Source of the DNA: Heterodontus francisci
Lineage: Eukaryota
NCBI RefSeq assembly: GCF_036365525.1
Contig: NC_090379.1
Location: 31,921,790-31,985,789 of the forward strand
Reading direction: 5' to 3'
DNA length: 64,000 bases
Shown here: positions 52,684 to 63,504 of the stretch, piece after piece
Position numbering within the stretch: the stretch's first letter is position 1
Layout: each line of letters starts with the position of its first letter
Position numbers and translations under genes: made by a program
The notes under the pieces: model-generated
What the model was told of the DNA's origin: nothing
Database searches by the model: none
The model's input: the letters and a program-made list of their open reading frames with translations, nothing else

Positions 52684-54654
52684 ACTGTCCTGTGAGGGGA
52701 GATTGATTAGAATGGGCCCATATTTTCTGGAGTTTAGAAGGATGAGGGATGATCTCATTGAAACAGATAAAGTTTTTAGTAGGTAGTTGCTAAGAGGCAG
52801 CTTCCCCAGACTGGAGAATTTAGAAATAGGGAGAATAGTCTGAGGATAAGGGGTCAGCCATTTGGGACTCAGATGAGGAGAAATTTGTTCACTCAAAGGG
52901 TTACGTATCTTTAAAATTCTCTACCCCAGGAGGGTTGTGGATGCTCAGTTGATGAGTATATTCAGGTCTTTGATCAATACAGTATTGGGCATTAAGGGAA
53001 TCAAGGGGTATGGGGAGGGGCAGGAAAGTGAACTTGATGTAAATGTTCAGTCAAGATCTTACTGAATGGCGGAGCAGGCTAGAGGGGCTGTATGGTCTAC
53101 TCCTGCTTGTATGTTGTTATATTACAAGTCTTCTAACATTGCAAGTTAATTTGAATCACTTGTCTGATACAAGTTACCACATTAAATTATCTGTTGAGCC
53201 TCTCTTTCGGACCAATACCAATTATTCCAAGTTGAAACAGCTTTACATCTAAAGTGAACGTCTGTCAAATGTAAAAGAACTGAAACGAAGCATTTTGAAG
53301 AAACTGATTCTCTTTAAAAATAATTACAATTTGAGGAAAGGAGGCAAGTAAACAGCACAAACTGGAGCAAAGTAATGACTAAACTTAAACAGCCTAGAGA
53401 GCACCTACAGAGTGCATACATCTACAGAGAATCTGCAAAGATTTCACTTAGAAAGTAGTTTATACTCAGCAGAGTCAGATAGAAAAGACAAATATATATT
53501 GGGTACTAATGCAGGATATTTTGAACCATAAAAGTGAAATTTCAGAGAGATTTTCAAGCCACACTGAATACATGGCTTGCTCTTATGCTTGGAGAAAATT
53601 CTAGTCTTCAATGTTCTAAATCGTCATGGATCAGAGAAACAAATTGCTCATATCTCTTTTCTAGGTTCTTGAAATAGCATCAGCAAATGAATGACATAAA
53701 CCCTAGATCAGTACAGAACAAGAACAGCTGTCTCACCCAAGAAATGGGCTTGCTTCTTAGCACATTTGAGCATACAAAAAAAATGTCAGGTTTTATGGCT
53801 GCCACGTAATTTATAGCTTGGAGGAGCAAGAACCAAACCAAGACAACAATAGTTATTGAAAAGTGCAGAAAAGCAAAGAACTAATCTTTTTTTTTAGTTT
53901 TATATGCTGCCAGTAAAGCTTACCAGTTTAATACCATTTTGTAAACTAATGAACAAGTAACTGAAGGAAACAGAATGATAAAGGTTTTAATCTCAATGGC
54001 AATGACAACAGCCTGAAAAGTAGAGATTTGAATTTGTAGGGCATACAACAAAAACAATCAAAAAACAAATGCCTGCAATTGTTAGCTACCATATACAATA
54101 GTAAAAAGCATTTCTAGAATTATGTGAAACTTCAAATAAAAGTTGTGCAATTAAGTAATATATTACAACAGATAAACAGCATAAGGTGCAGGATTCAAAT
54201 GTGTAAGTGGAAGTTTCACTATGCATCACAGGGGAACATCATACATTTACCAACTAAGGTTTAGGCACTTTCCATTGAGGGAGGGTAAAAAACAAAAAAG
54301 TTCTGGAGCATTGCCAAGCCACTTCCTATAGCCAAGTAAATAATTGAAATACTGAAGTGATAGAGGCAACAGATAGAGAACCAAAAAGGAGCTAAATATA
54401 TATTCTATATCTATTCTATAAAGATAGGAAAGCTGGCCAGTTATGAACTGACTGGTTATTCAAAAGAAAACTGCACCAAAAACAGAACCAATAGTCTGAA
54501 CAGCAATTGGCAGATATCTTTCCAAAATAAGTAATCTCAATACTGTTGAAATATCACTTAAGAATATTCATTTTCAAAATATATTGCAACCACAATTTCA
54601 GACATTACTGCATCTTTCTTCCAGAATGCTAGGAAATTGGAATTTATAACCTAC

Positions 54655-54728
54655 CTGAGAAGATAGACTGCCCTTTCAATATCATTGAGTTCTTCATCAA
54701 CTGTCAATCTTTCTATCTCTTCTGGTGT
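54655..54728 (-). CDS. PPP4R4: PPP4R4 (protein phosphatase 4 regulatory subunit 4), second coding exon
   Basis: tttgtag|ACACCAGAAGAG...CTTCTCAG|gtaggt; 74 nt, phase 0 to 2. Encodes TPEEIERLTVDEELNDIERAVYLL(S); human sequence as recalled is TPEEIERLTVDEDLSDIERAVYLLS. Confidence 0.96.
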
Positions 54729-55584
54729 CTACAAATGTAAATATTGAAAATGGAATAGATATGCAATGACTAGATGGTTGTCAGTAAATTACAAGTTAAT
54801 TTCAATCAAGGGAGACGCAAAGGGTTGCCAGATATCATCATAAACTGCAATGGAAAAGCTCAAGCATTTTGAGATTGTTGGCAAAATACAATATTGTTAA
54901 AATTTCTTGGCAACTATCATACATATAAAATATACATATAAAATATAGATATATAGTGATACATTCTTATCATAGAAGAACACAATTAATCTGAACTAGT
55001 TGGAGTGAGAACAGTTCACAGTAGCAATTTGTTTGCAAGAGTGATTCGTCACTCTAAAGTAGTAAGGAGCCACTTAATTTTTACATCAGGAGGGCAAATT
55101 ATCATTTAAATAGAGTACCATCGCTTTAAGAAAAAAAGCAAGAGCCAAAACTGAAGTCAGGGGAAAAGGTGTAGGGGAACCAGTTGACAGCAATGGACTT
55201 GGCTCTTCCTGCACTGTGATGAATCAAATAGCAACTCTATCCTGCTGACTCAACCACAGCTTTCAGTGTGATTTTAAACTTGATCTCGCATCTGTATGCG
55301 GCCCAGTCACACTTCCAATGTAATGTGTCCACAGCTAAACATGCAGGTTTTTATCTGCAGACTCGCACTTATTTCCAACCACTAAAGGCATTTTATAAAT
55401 GACAGTTATTGAAGGTTGGTGTATTTATTTGACAGGCTATATATAATAAAATACTCAAGCTGACAAGAGTTTGCCAAAACCACATAACTATAGGAAATAC
55501 GCTTTTTGCCAATAAGTACTATTTTTTAGTTATCACTTCTGTTTCAGATTACCAATCTGTGCAGGCTAACAGCATTCAGGTTAG

Positions 55585-55750
55585 ATATAAAAAGAGAAAA
55601 TGCTGGAAATGTGAAGCAGGTCAAGCAACCACTGTGGAGAAACAGAGTTAACATTTGAGGTCGATGGCCTTTCATCAGAGAATTTCCAGCCATCTCCTAT
55701 TTTCCTTTCAAATTTCCAGCATCTACAGTATTTTGACTTTGTATTCAGGT
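55585..55750. mobile_element. Penelope-associated short repeat with an inverted terminal segment
   Basis: AAATGCTGGAAAT...GAGTTAACATTTGAGGTCGATGGCCTTTCATCAG followed by TTTCCAGCATCTACAGTATTTTG in the opposite orientation. Confidence 0.6.
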
Positions 55751-56422
55751 TAAATGTGTTCTGTTGCACATAGCAGCGAGGACATCTAATTTGTATCGCA
55801 TCAGAAATGTCTTCATTAAATTAGTATATCAGACAACATATTAAATAGCGAATCATTCACACTTCAGAATTAAACTAGAAACATATTAAAATTTGCCCAG
55901 AAATATAACTTGATCTTTAGTATCAATTCATATTCGCTATAATTCACACACATACATTGCATGGATAAATAAATCTAATTATGGATGCAACTTTTAATAA
56001 ATAAGCACAATGCAAGTTGCGGCGATGTTTAAAATGTTAACGGTAAGCAGGTAGAAATATAACATTTCCGTTAAAATGAATCAACTTGCTACAGATATTA
56101 GACTTAGCACTGCAGATTTGATGTTGCATTTGTTAATAACTTACGTAATTCAGCTTCACTACCCTGTAGCTGTAACTGGTATTATTATGGACCAATATAA
56201 TAAACCTGATTCAGTCTCAGTACCCTCGTCAGGCAGTCGATTTTCGCTTTAAATACATTTCCAGTGCAATAGGTCAAGGGTAAGTGAAGCTGCCTTGAGT
56301 GCACTGTAAACGGAGCGCATTTTCTGTACCCACTGTAACCTCGACAGTTCTACTTACACCGGGGGCATATCAATAAATGTATTTAAAAATATTATTTCCC
56401 CTCCCCTCCTCCAGATACACAC

Positions 56423-56512
56423 CTTCAGATATCTCCGCACTGGTCTTTCAATGAAACTAAGTTCCTGCAAATCTTCTATTTGCCCGAACAAATTCTCCTG
56501 GTTGAAATCCAT
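56423..56512 (-). CDS. PPP4R4: PPP4R4 first coding exon
   Basis: ATG at 56512; encodes MDFNQENLFGQIEDLQELSFIERPVRRYLK then donor AAG|gtgtgt. Human as recalled: MDFSQNSLFGYMEDLQELTIIERPVRRSLK. A likely acceptor ttccag| puts the exon start at 56540. Confidence 0.96.
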
Positions 56513-56559
56513 CACCTTTGTTTTTCTTTCAATGATTATTCTGGAACAGATGAAACAGC

Positions 56560-57420
56560 AGAGCCCGGGGCAGGAGGTGTCAGTATGTGTGTGTGTGTGT
56601 GTGTGTGTAATGCGGGATTGAGCCGGGATCCGGGGATTGGGGGAGGGGAGGGGAGGGGAGGGGAGGGGGGTGAGGGGAGGGGGGAGGGGGGTGAGGGGTG
56701 GTGGGGGTGAGGGGTGGTGGGGAGGGGGGGGTGGTGGGGAGGGGGGGGCGGTGAGGGGTGGTGGGGGGGAGGGGGGGGTGAGGGGTGGTGGGGAGGGGGG
56801 GGTGAGGGGTGGTGGGGGGGTGAGGGGTGGTGGGGAGGGGGAAGAAGGTCAGCGACTCCCCGACAATCCCAGCATCATCACCCGGTGTCCTGCCCGTCCC
56901 TGTCCGCCGCCGGTACGATGCGTCTCTTCGGAAGGGGAGGCAGTTGGAGATGCGCCGCCTGCTCCTATTCCCGCTCCCCACCAACTGAACTTAAAGCGGC
57001 GGCAACTCGTGGGCTCGGAGCCGCTCCCCGGCGCTTCGCCTCTTCCAATCTCCCGTTAATCCTCCTCCCCGACTCTCGGAGCCCGCGGCCGCCTCCCTCT
57101 CTCCCGATACACGAGTAGAAAAACCTCGATCCTCTTTTTTTTACCCCCGCTTCCTAACACACACACAACACCGGGGAGCCTGAAAGACGAAACCTGAGCT
57201 TCCGAATGCGAACGGCCACCGGAGTGAAGCTGAAGCATCAGCGTTGGCGGCGGCTGGGGGCGGGGCCGGGAGGGGGAGGAGCCGCCGACGCCGCCGCGCG
57301 GGGCCGTCCGTCACCCAGCAGCACCGCCGTCGCCCTGGAAACCAGCCGCTACGGCGAGCGCCGAATGGCAAACCTCTCACGTCTGTGCGGAAGACGTAGC
57401 TGCGCTCCTCGAGCCAGCAG
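56560..57420 (-). promoter_or_regulatory. CpG island; probable PPP4R4 promoter and 5' UTR exon
   Basis: Dense CpG immediately upstream of the ATG exon; GC box GGGGCGGGG near 57257; candidate donor GGG|gtaaaa at 57145/57144. Confidence 0.75.
56586..56840 (+). repeat. (GT)n microsatellite plus a G-rich degenerate tandem array (GGGGTGAGGGGTGGTGGGGAGG-like units)
   Basis: Read directly. Confidence 0.9.
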
Positions 57421-57939
57421 CTGTTTCTCAGGCAGCTCCTTTCTCTTCTATATGTATTTCACATCTTCTTTCACTTACTCTCCGGTTTAATTTTGATTTT
57501 GTTTTGGTCTCGTCCCAGTGATGCTTTGGAACAAATGGCATTTGAAATGACAATTTCCTGCGTCAGTGCGGTGCGTGGGATGGGCTCTGAGAGTGGGCGA
57601 GGAGAGGGGGCTGCGGTTCAGCGATGACGAATGACTTTGGACAGTGATCTCCCAGCATTAATAATGCACCCTTCTAGTTACAGTCAATCCGACAGCAGCG
57701 ATCCCAGTGTAAACCAATGGCTGCATTATTTATGCTGGAAGTTCACCAAGGTATATTTACTGCTAGCAGAGAGGGGGCTTCAGTTCTATTAGACTTGAAT
57801 ATTTGGGCGTTTCTGAAAAAAAAAGGCCTCCCATTCCCCGTCCCCCGTCCCCCGGTTAACTTTCTTGCTGGGAGAAAAGTTCCATTGGGCACTGCATGGC
57901 CTCTGGTAAACCAGCCATGTGCTCATTGGTGTCCACCAC

Positions 57940-58360
57940 TGGTGTTCAGTGGTAGCATTCTCACCACTAAATCAGATGGTTGTGAGCTCAAGACTTGAGC
58001 ACAAAATCTATGCTGATACTCCAGTGCAGTACTGAGGGAGTGCTGCATTGTCAGAGGTGCCGTCTTTCAGATGAAATGTAAAACCGAGGCCTTGTCTGCC
58101 TTCTCAGATGGATTGTAAACAGGGAAGAAAAGCTGGGGCGTGCTCCCTGGTGTCCTGACTAATATTGATCCTCAACCATCATTACTGAACCACATTATAT
58201 GGTCATTATCACATGGCTCTTTATGAGACCTTAATTGTGTGCAAATTGGCTGCTATGTTTCCTATATTATAATAGCATCTACATTTCAAAAGTATTTAAT
58301 TGGCTGTAAAGTGCTTTCGGATGGCCTAAGGTCATGAAAGGCACCATATATCTTTCATTC
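57940..58360 (+). mobile_element. DeuSINE (SacSINE1-like)
   Basis: GGTGCCGTCTTTCAGATGAAATGTAAAACCGAGG...GTGCAAATTGGCTGC...GTGCTTTCGGATGGCCTAAGGTCATGAAAGGCACCATATA (Deu domain plus L2-type tail). Confidence 0.8.
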
Positions 58361-60214
58361 TACACCTGTAAGTTTTTACAGGGAGCATTGACAGGCTATT
58401 TAATTATGAAAGATGAGTCCACTCCTGTTCTCCTTCTATACTGACACAACATTTTAAAACACAAGCAATCTACTGTACAAAATAAAAACAGAAAATGCTG
58501 GAATACTCAGCAGGTCAGGTAGCATCTGTGGAGAGAGAAACACGAGTTAATGTTTCAGTTCGATGACCAACTGATCCTAGAACCTTCCAAGTCTGTTTGG
58601 CTCACTACTGCTACTAATGTAGTTATCTGGTCTGAACAGGCATGGCTAATGGGGGAAAAACCAGGCACAGAAGCAATACCTGTGATATTAAGGAAAGAGA
58701 CAAATAACATTCAAAAAGGCCATTAGAACAAATATTTGTACCATTTCCAAGGAAACCTATTATGGCAAAATATAACTTGTTGAGATATGCTGATATATAT
58801 TTTAATCTATCAAAATATAGCTAAGGTTTAAAATGGAAACTACTCCTTCACTAGGTACAAAAGAGAGCACTGGAGAAATTAGGTCTACGAAAACCACACA
58901 AGGCTATAGATCACAAATCAGAAAGTTGAAGTTTTTTTCATGGGACAGCATAATTGAAGTATTAAGTTTCAACAGACTAATATGTGCTAATACAGTTGAT
59001 TGAACTGTAAGAGAGTTAATATAACTGTTACAAGCCATTATTCGATTTCTTATTAAGGTATGAAAACCTTTGAAAATGTTGTTTCCTTGCTTTCTACAAC
59101 GGAGATCAGAAGGATAAACCTTTCCGTCCTAGTTAAAAAATGTTAGTGCTGGTTCGGAAACATTGGACTCTGTTAATATAGTTAATGGTATGTAAACCCC
59201 TTTGAGGATTGTTTCCAGTTCTCTTATTTAATTAGTGCACTTCTAGGTTTTTTCCCCCTACTTTTTGTACTGGAATCATTTTTAGTTTTAAGTAAATTTA
59301 TTTAATAGTTTATAAATTGATCTATTTTCTGGGGTCTGGCATAGGGACAGATGCTGATCCATTTGTATAGAGTGCACTGTTATTGGGATCAAAAATATGT
59401 AAAAGATTTTGGATCACAAACTAATATGATACATCACGAATAGATTCCCAATAAAAAGAATTGTATCCTGTAAAGTTGTACTGAAGTCCCTAAAGTTACT
59501 TTTTCATTTAAAGATATCTGAACCCATAAATTATTCTTGTCCTGAAAGGCAGAATTACAGTAGGCTCCAAACAATAAAGTGGAACTCCCATGGTGGTGCC
59601 CACAGTGTGTCCAATTCAAATTTCCTTCAGCGTGCTGAAGGTAATGCTGTTGTATAGATATGGTGATCTGTAGCTTCTCGAACTTGTGAGTTCCTTCTGA
59701 TAGACCTTTGTAGCTGTAGGTGAAACTTTGGAGCAGGTAGCTTTTAGAACGGGAACATCCTATCCAGAAGCCACCTGGAAGGATAACAGGATGGTGATGC
59801 CCAAATAAAGAGTGTGTCGTGTTTGTAGCAAATATAAAATGACAGATAACCGGATGTACCAAATAAGGTTAAAATCAGAAATTTCTTTCAGGAAGAATCT
59901 CCCCCAGACCTCTGTTTCCGCTGCTGAGTAGATACCCATCACTGCTGGTAACAGCACTCCTTTAGCTTTCCTCCCCACAATAAAAATGGAGTGTGGATAC
60001 ACCTTTAGCTAAAGTTATGAAAAGCCATGACCCATGTTCAATCTAATGCCCGTGTGTGTTGCCCGTCATGAAGATTGACGCTGATCTGCTGGGTGGGTGA
60101 GAGGCGCGTGTTGGAATTGTTGCTCCTCCCGGCAATGTGAGCACCTGTTGTGTTTGTCTTTCACTTTGTCAATAAAGTTTTTTTTTTCTTAATGATGGGA
60201 AATCCTGTCACCTC

Positions 60215-60630
60215 AAAGTATCGCGGCCTCCGATTGGTCGCTGCTGGTGACGCGGTGTAGAGTGGCGGTTGGATTGCGGTAAAGCGCGTGGTGACTGAGT
60301 TCCCGGGACACAGCGAGGCGGGAGGCCGTGCTGGGTCACAGCGAGCCGGGACAGGCGGGAGGCCGTGCCGGGTCACAGCGAGCCGGGACAGGCGGGAGGC
60401 CGTGCCGGGTCACAGCGAGCCGGGAGAGGTCGTGTGTTGCCGTGACGGTTCACAGCGAACGGGGGCCAGGAGAAGTTGCGCCGGGTCAGAGCAGGACCAG
60501 GAGAGACCACTCCTCTCAGGTAAAAGGAACGGAGTCTTCACTCCCATTCCCCGCGAGGAACTGTAACTCGACCTTTTCGCGATGTCAGGTTTGGGGAACA
60601 GTTCAGTTCTGGGCTCGGGAAACGAGCCTC
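60215..60630 (+). promoter_or_regulatory. CpG island; probable DDX24 promoter and non-coding exon 1 (donor after 60519)
   Basis: CpG-rich; inverted CCAAT box (GATTGG near 60232); donor CAG|gtaaaa at 60519/60520; lies 1.8 kb upstream of the DDX24 ATG exon. Confidence 0.72.
60316..60426 (+). repeat. 37-bp tandem repeat, 3 copies
   Basis: AGGCGGGAGGCCGTGCCGGGTCACAGCGAGCCGGGAC units start at 60316, 60353 and 60390. Confidence 0.93.
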
Positions 60631-61709
60631 GGTTTACAAGTTAGAGGAGGCTTTAGCGTTCTAACTCTACATAAAGCAGATTAAATCTAGGGCTTTCCTG
60701 TCTGGATTGTGCATTTACCCTGTGAGTCACTGGGGTACTTAAAACGGTAGAAATTATTAATTATATTTAACTAGTCAATCTCCTCTGTCATTGTTCACCT
60801 TAAGTCAGGAGATTTGTTATTTACTAAGCTGGAGTATTGTTTTTGTAAAATTGATTGTCCTTTAAAGCTGTACAGTATAATTGTTCATTCTTGAAATTAA
60901 TGTTGCGATCACTAAAAGGAAATTAAAGCAGAAGATGCTGGAAAACATTCAGCAAATCAGGCAGCACATGCTGAGAAAGAATAGAGTTGAACCTGGCCTC
61001 GTTTGACAGTGTTGCGGTCAGGTGAGAAGGGTGTCTAGGGGTCTTTCACTGTCTTTACCTGGTTTTATTGTAACAGGATTTTAATTTTAAACACAGGGTT
61101 TTGAGCTCCCCTTTGTGAATCCTTGTTCACAGCTTTCCAATTATAAGGCAAAGAAATGAGCAAACCAGGTTTTCTTAGGTTTAAGGAAGAAAAGTGAAAT
61201 TTATTAAACCTAAACTGTAATTAGTTAACGCCTACAGATACACGCTGCTCCCATGCTAGCATACACACGGGATAAGGACATGCAAATAGAGACAGAAAAG
61301 AGAAGAAAAATAAAATGGAGAGGTTTGAGGCAATTGCTGACGAGGGATTTTCTTTACTTTGCTTCGAGCTTGCTGTAGGGTCCTTGATTGTAGGTAGTCT
61401 TGCTTTTCGTTGGGATTATTCTTAAACCTTGATCGCTGTAGGAGACTTTTCTCTCTTGAGGTTCATATGTCTTCAGTGGTTTCCAAAACTGGTGAGAGTG
61501 AGATGAGAGCAGACAGGAAAGAGGTGTTCAGTCCCTGTTAGAAGTTCAAATTCAAAAAACTTCAACAGTCAGTCAGACATGTGACCAAACTGGCCCGACC
61601 ATGTCTGTTTGTGTATTCGACCATCTTAGTAGTTTATCAGATGTTGAAGCATTCCAGGTTATCAAAAATCCATTGTGGATTAAATTCGAGCAGGGAATAG
61701 CTCCTTTGT

Positions 61710-61852
61710 TAAAAGCAAAATACTGCGGATGCTGGAAATCTGAAATAAAAACAAGAAATGCTGGAACCACTCGGCAGGTCTGGCAGCATCTGTGAAGAGA
61801 GAAGCAATTAACGTTTCAGGTCAGTGACCCTTCTTCAGAACTGCTGCCTTCA
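61710..61852 (-). mobile_element. 143-bp Penelope-type short insertion with 15-bp TSD
   Basis: GAATAGCTCCTTTGT at 61695-61709 and 61853-61867; interior belongs to the repeat family also seen at 15600, 55585, 58485 and 60925. Confidence 0.85.
61803..61845 (-). ncRNA. Candidate minimal type I hammerhead ribozyme
   Basis: Minus-strand RNA AGCAGUU-CUGAAGA-A-GGGUC-ACU-GACCU-GAA-ACGU-U-AAUUGCU: core CUGANGA and GAAA, stem II, palindromic stem III and a 7-bp stem I. Confidence 0.6.
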
Positions 61853-62320
61853 GAATAGCTCCTTTGTCCTTTGAAGTACTTGTCTGTTATGCTAATGTCT
61901 CTCTCCAGCCAAAGTCTCCAATTGTTTTTTCAAGCAAGTTCTTTCTTCTAAAATGAATGTTTATGTGGCGAAATTAATTTTCCTCATTCTTGGCAGGTGG
62001 GGGCTTGCCTGACAACAGGTAAATTAAGTAGTTCTGAGATATTGTGGAACTGAAATATTCTTGGAGAGGGAGCTAGAACACACAGTATTTTAAGATTATT
62101 TTGCATCTGTACGAAGGAACTCCAGGAGGTAAAATGTGTAAATTAGTGTATTTGTAAGAATTATTGTTTAAAGATGCCTGCATTTACACCTAGTTTGGAA
62201 CTGTTCAGTTTTTATTTTGTCTTAACTTGATTTTTCACATTGAGGAAGTCGAACATGTTTATGAACTGAAATTTTATTAACTTGGTTTGCATAATTTTGC
62301 TTGTTTTTTTTAGGGGCAAA

Positions 62321-63008
62321 ATGAAAGAAGGAAAAAGAAAGAAGTTTTATACGCCTTCAAACGCCCAACGAAAGAAGATACAAGTAACTGGACAATGGAA
62401 ACCAATGGATATAGACTCAACTTTGTTTGGTGAGGAAGATTTGGGAGAACTGATTTGTTTTGAAGAGCTTACAGATTATCAGTTGGTTAATGCTGGTAAA
62501 TCGACAGAGAAAAAAACAAAAAAAAGAGCATCTAATATTTTGGAGGTGTCCAATTCTCCAAAGAAACAGAAAATTAGTGAGGATTTACCAAAACTGACGC
62601 AAGCAATGAAGAGAAAAAGGAAAAAAGTCAACATTCGACGTGTTGGGGATGAAGAGGGTGGTGTTGACTTCTCTGAGGGGATGAATGAACTTGAACTTTC
62701 TGATAAAAATGAGACAGCAGAGGCAGAAACAAACATTACTGCAGTTTCAAAGAAAAGGAAAAAGAAAAAAAACTCTGTAGCTTCTCAGTCCTCCACACTT
62801 GCCATGAAAGTGAAAAATTGGACAACACATCATTCGTGTTCATCTGAGCAGACAACTGATGTTTCTGCCTGGAAAGACCTGTTTGTCCCAGAGCCAGTAC
62901 TCCGTGCTCTGAATTCTCTTGGTTATACTGCTCCTACTCCTATCCAAGCATTGGTACTGCCACCTGCTATTAGAGACAAACTAGACATTCTTGGTGCTGC
63001 AGAAACTG
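62321..63008 (+). CDS. DDX24: DDX24 DEAD-box RNA helicase, first coding exon (gene continues beyond the window)
   Basis: Acceptor ttttttag|GGGCAAAATG (exon starts 62314). KKIQVTGQWK, LICFEELTDYQLV, and Q-motif region DVSAWKDLFVPEPVLRALNSLGYTAPTPIQALVLPPAIRDKLDILGAAETG. Phase-1 donor G|gttggt within the Walker A motif. Confidence 0.96.
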
Positions 63009-63138
63009 GTTGGTGCTGGAATTTTGCAATATTTTGTGCAAGGGTTTATAATTGTCCTCAGTAAACTACTGATATTGGTATCTACTGGTTACTTGTATAA
63101 CTGTACCAAAAAGTAGCTGTTTGGATATATCCTTATTT

Positions 63139-63373
63139 GATTCTTTGGCCTCCTTATCTCGAGAGACAATGGGTAAGCGCCTGGAGGTGGTCAGTGGTGT
63201 GTGGAGCAGCGCCTGGAGTAGCTATAAAGGCCAATTCTAGAGTGACAGGCTCTTCCACAGGTGCTGCAGAAAAATTTGATTGTCGGGGCTGTTACACAGT
63301 TGGCTCTTGCCTTGCGCCTCTCTTTTTTCCTGCCAACTGATAAGTCTCTTCGACTCGCCACACCTTAGCCCCA
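63139..63373 (-). mobile_element. Short 3' fragment of the same RTE family as 18382-22197
   Basis: Reverse complement of about 21960-22195; probable TSD CCTTATTT at 63131-63138 and 63374-63381. Confidence 0.9.
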
Positions 63374-63504
63374 CCTTATTTATAACTTGCTTATCAATAA
63401 GACAATTTTGCGAGACGAGAAACTGACTGCTTTTATGTAGCATCTTTTAGAGTGAAGCCCTCCTTGACACAGTAGAATTTTGCTGTGACTTTTGACAATT
63501 CTTA

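Larger units (their letters stand above)
48040..53110 (+). mobile_element. Old CR1 LINE fragmented by four later insertions
   Basis: CR1 ORF2 pieces at about 48040-48346, 49396-49925, 50273-50585, 51043-51683 and 52684-53110 run in CR1 order, from endonuclease to tail. Confidence 0.8.
61010..62014 (-). mobile_element. Solo LTR (Gypsy-like, 4-bp TSD) in DDX24 intron 1
   Basis: TGTTG...TGACA termini; ACAG duplicated at 61006-61009 and 62015-62018; both ends resemble the 48347-49391 LTR in reverse orientation. Confidence 0.85.

Noticed and set aside
55645-55680. Second hammerhead-like motif
   Set aside because: Core GAAA is changed to CAAA and the stem III palindrome is lost; presumed inactive.
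56580-57118. Gly-rich and Pro-rich ORFs of 134-140 aa
   Set aside because: Translations of the G-run tandem array.
62282-63064. ORF-track 260-aa product as a complete protein
   Set aside because: Both ends are intronic; the true coding exon is 62321-63008 of a multi-exon gene.
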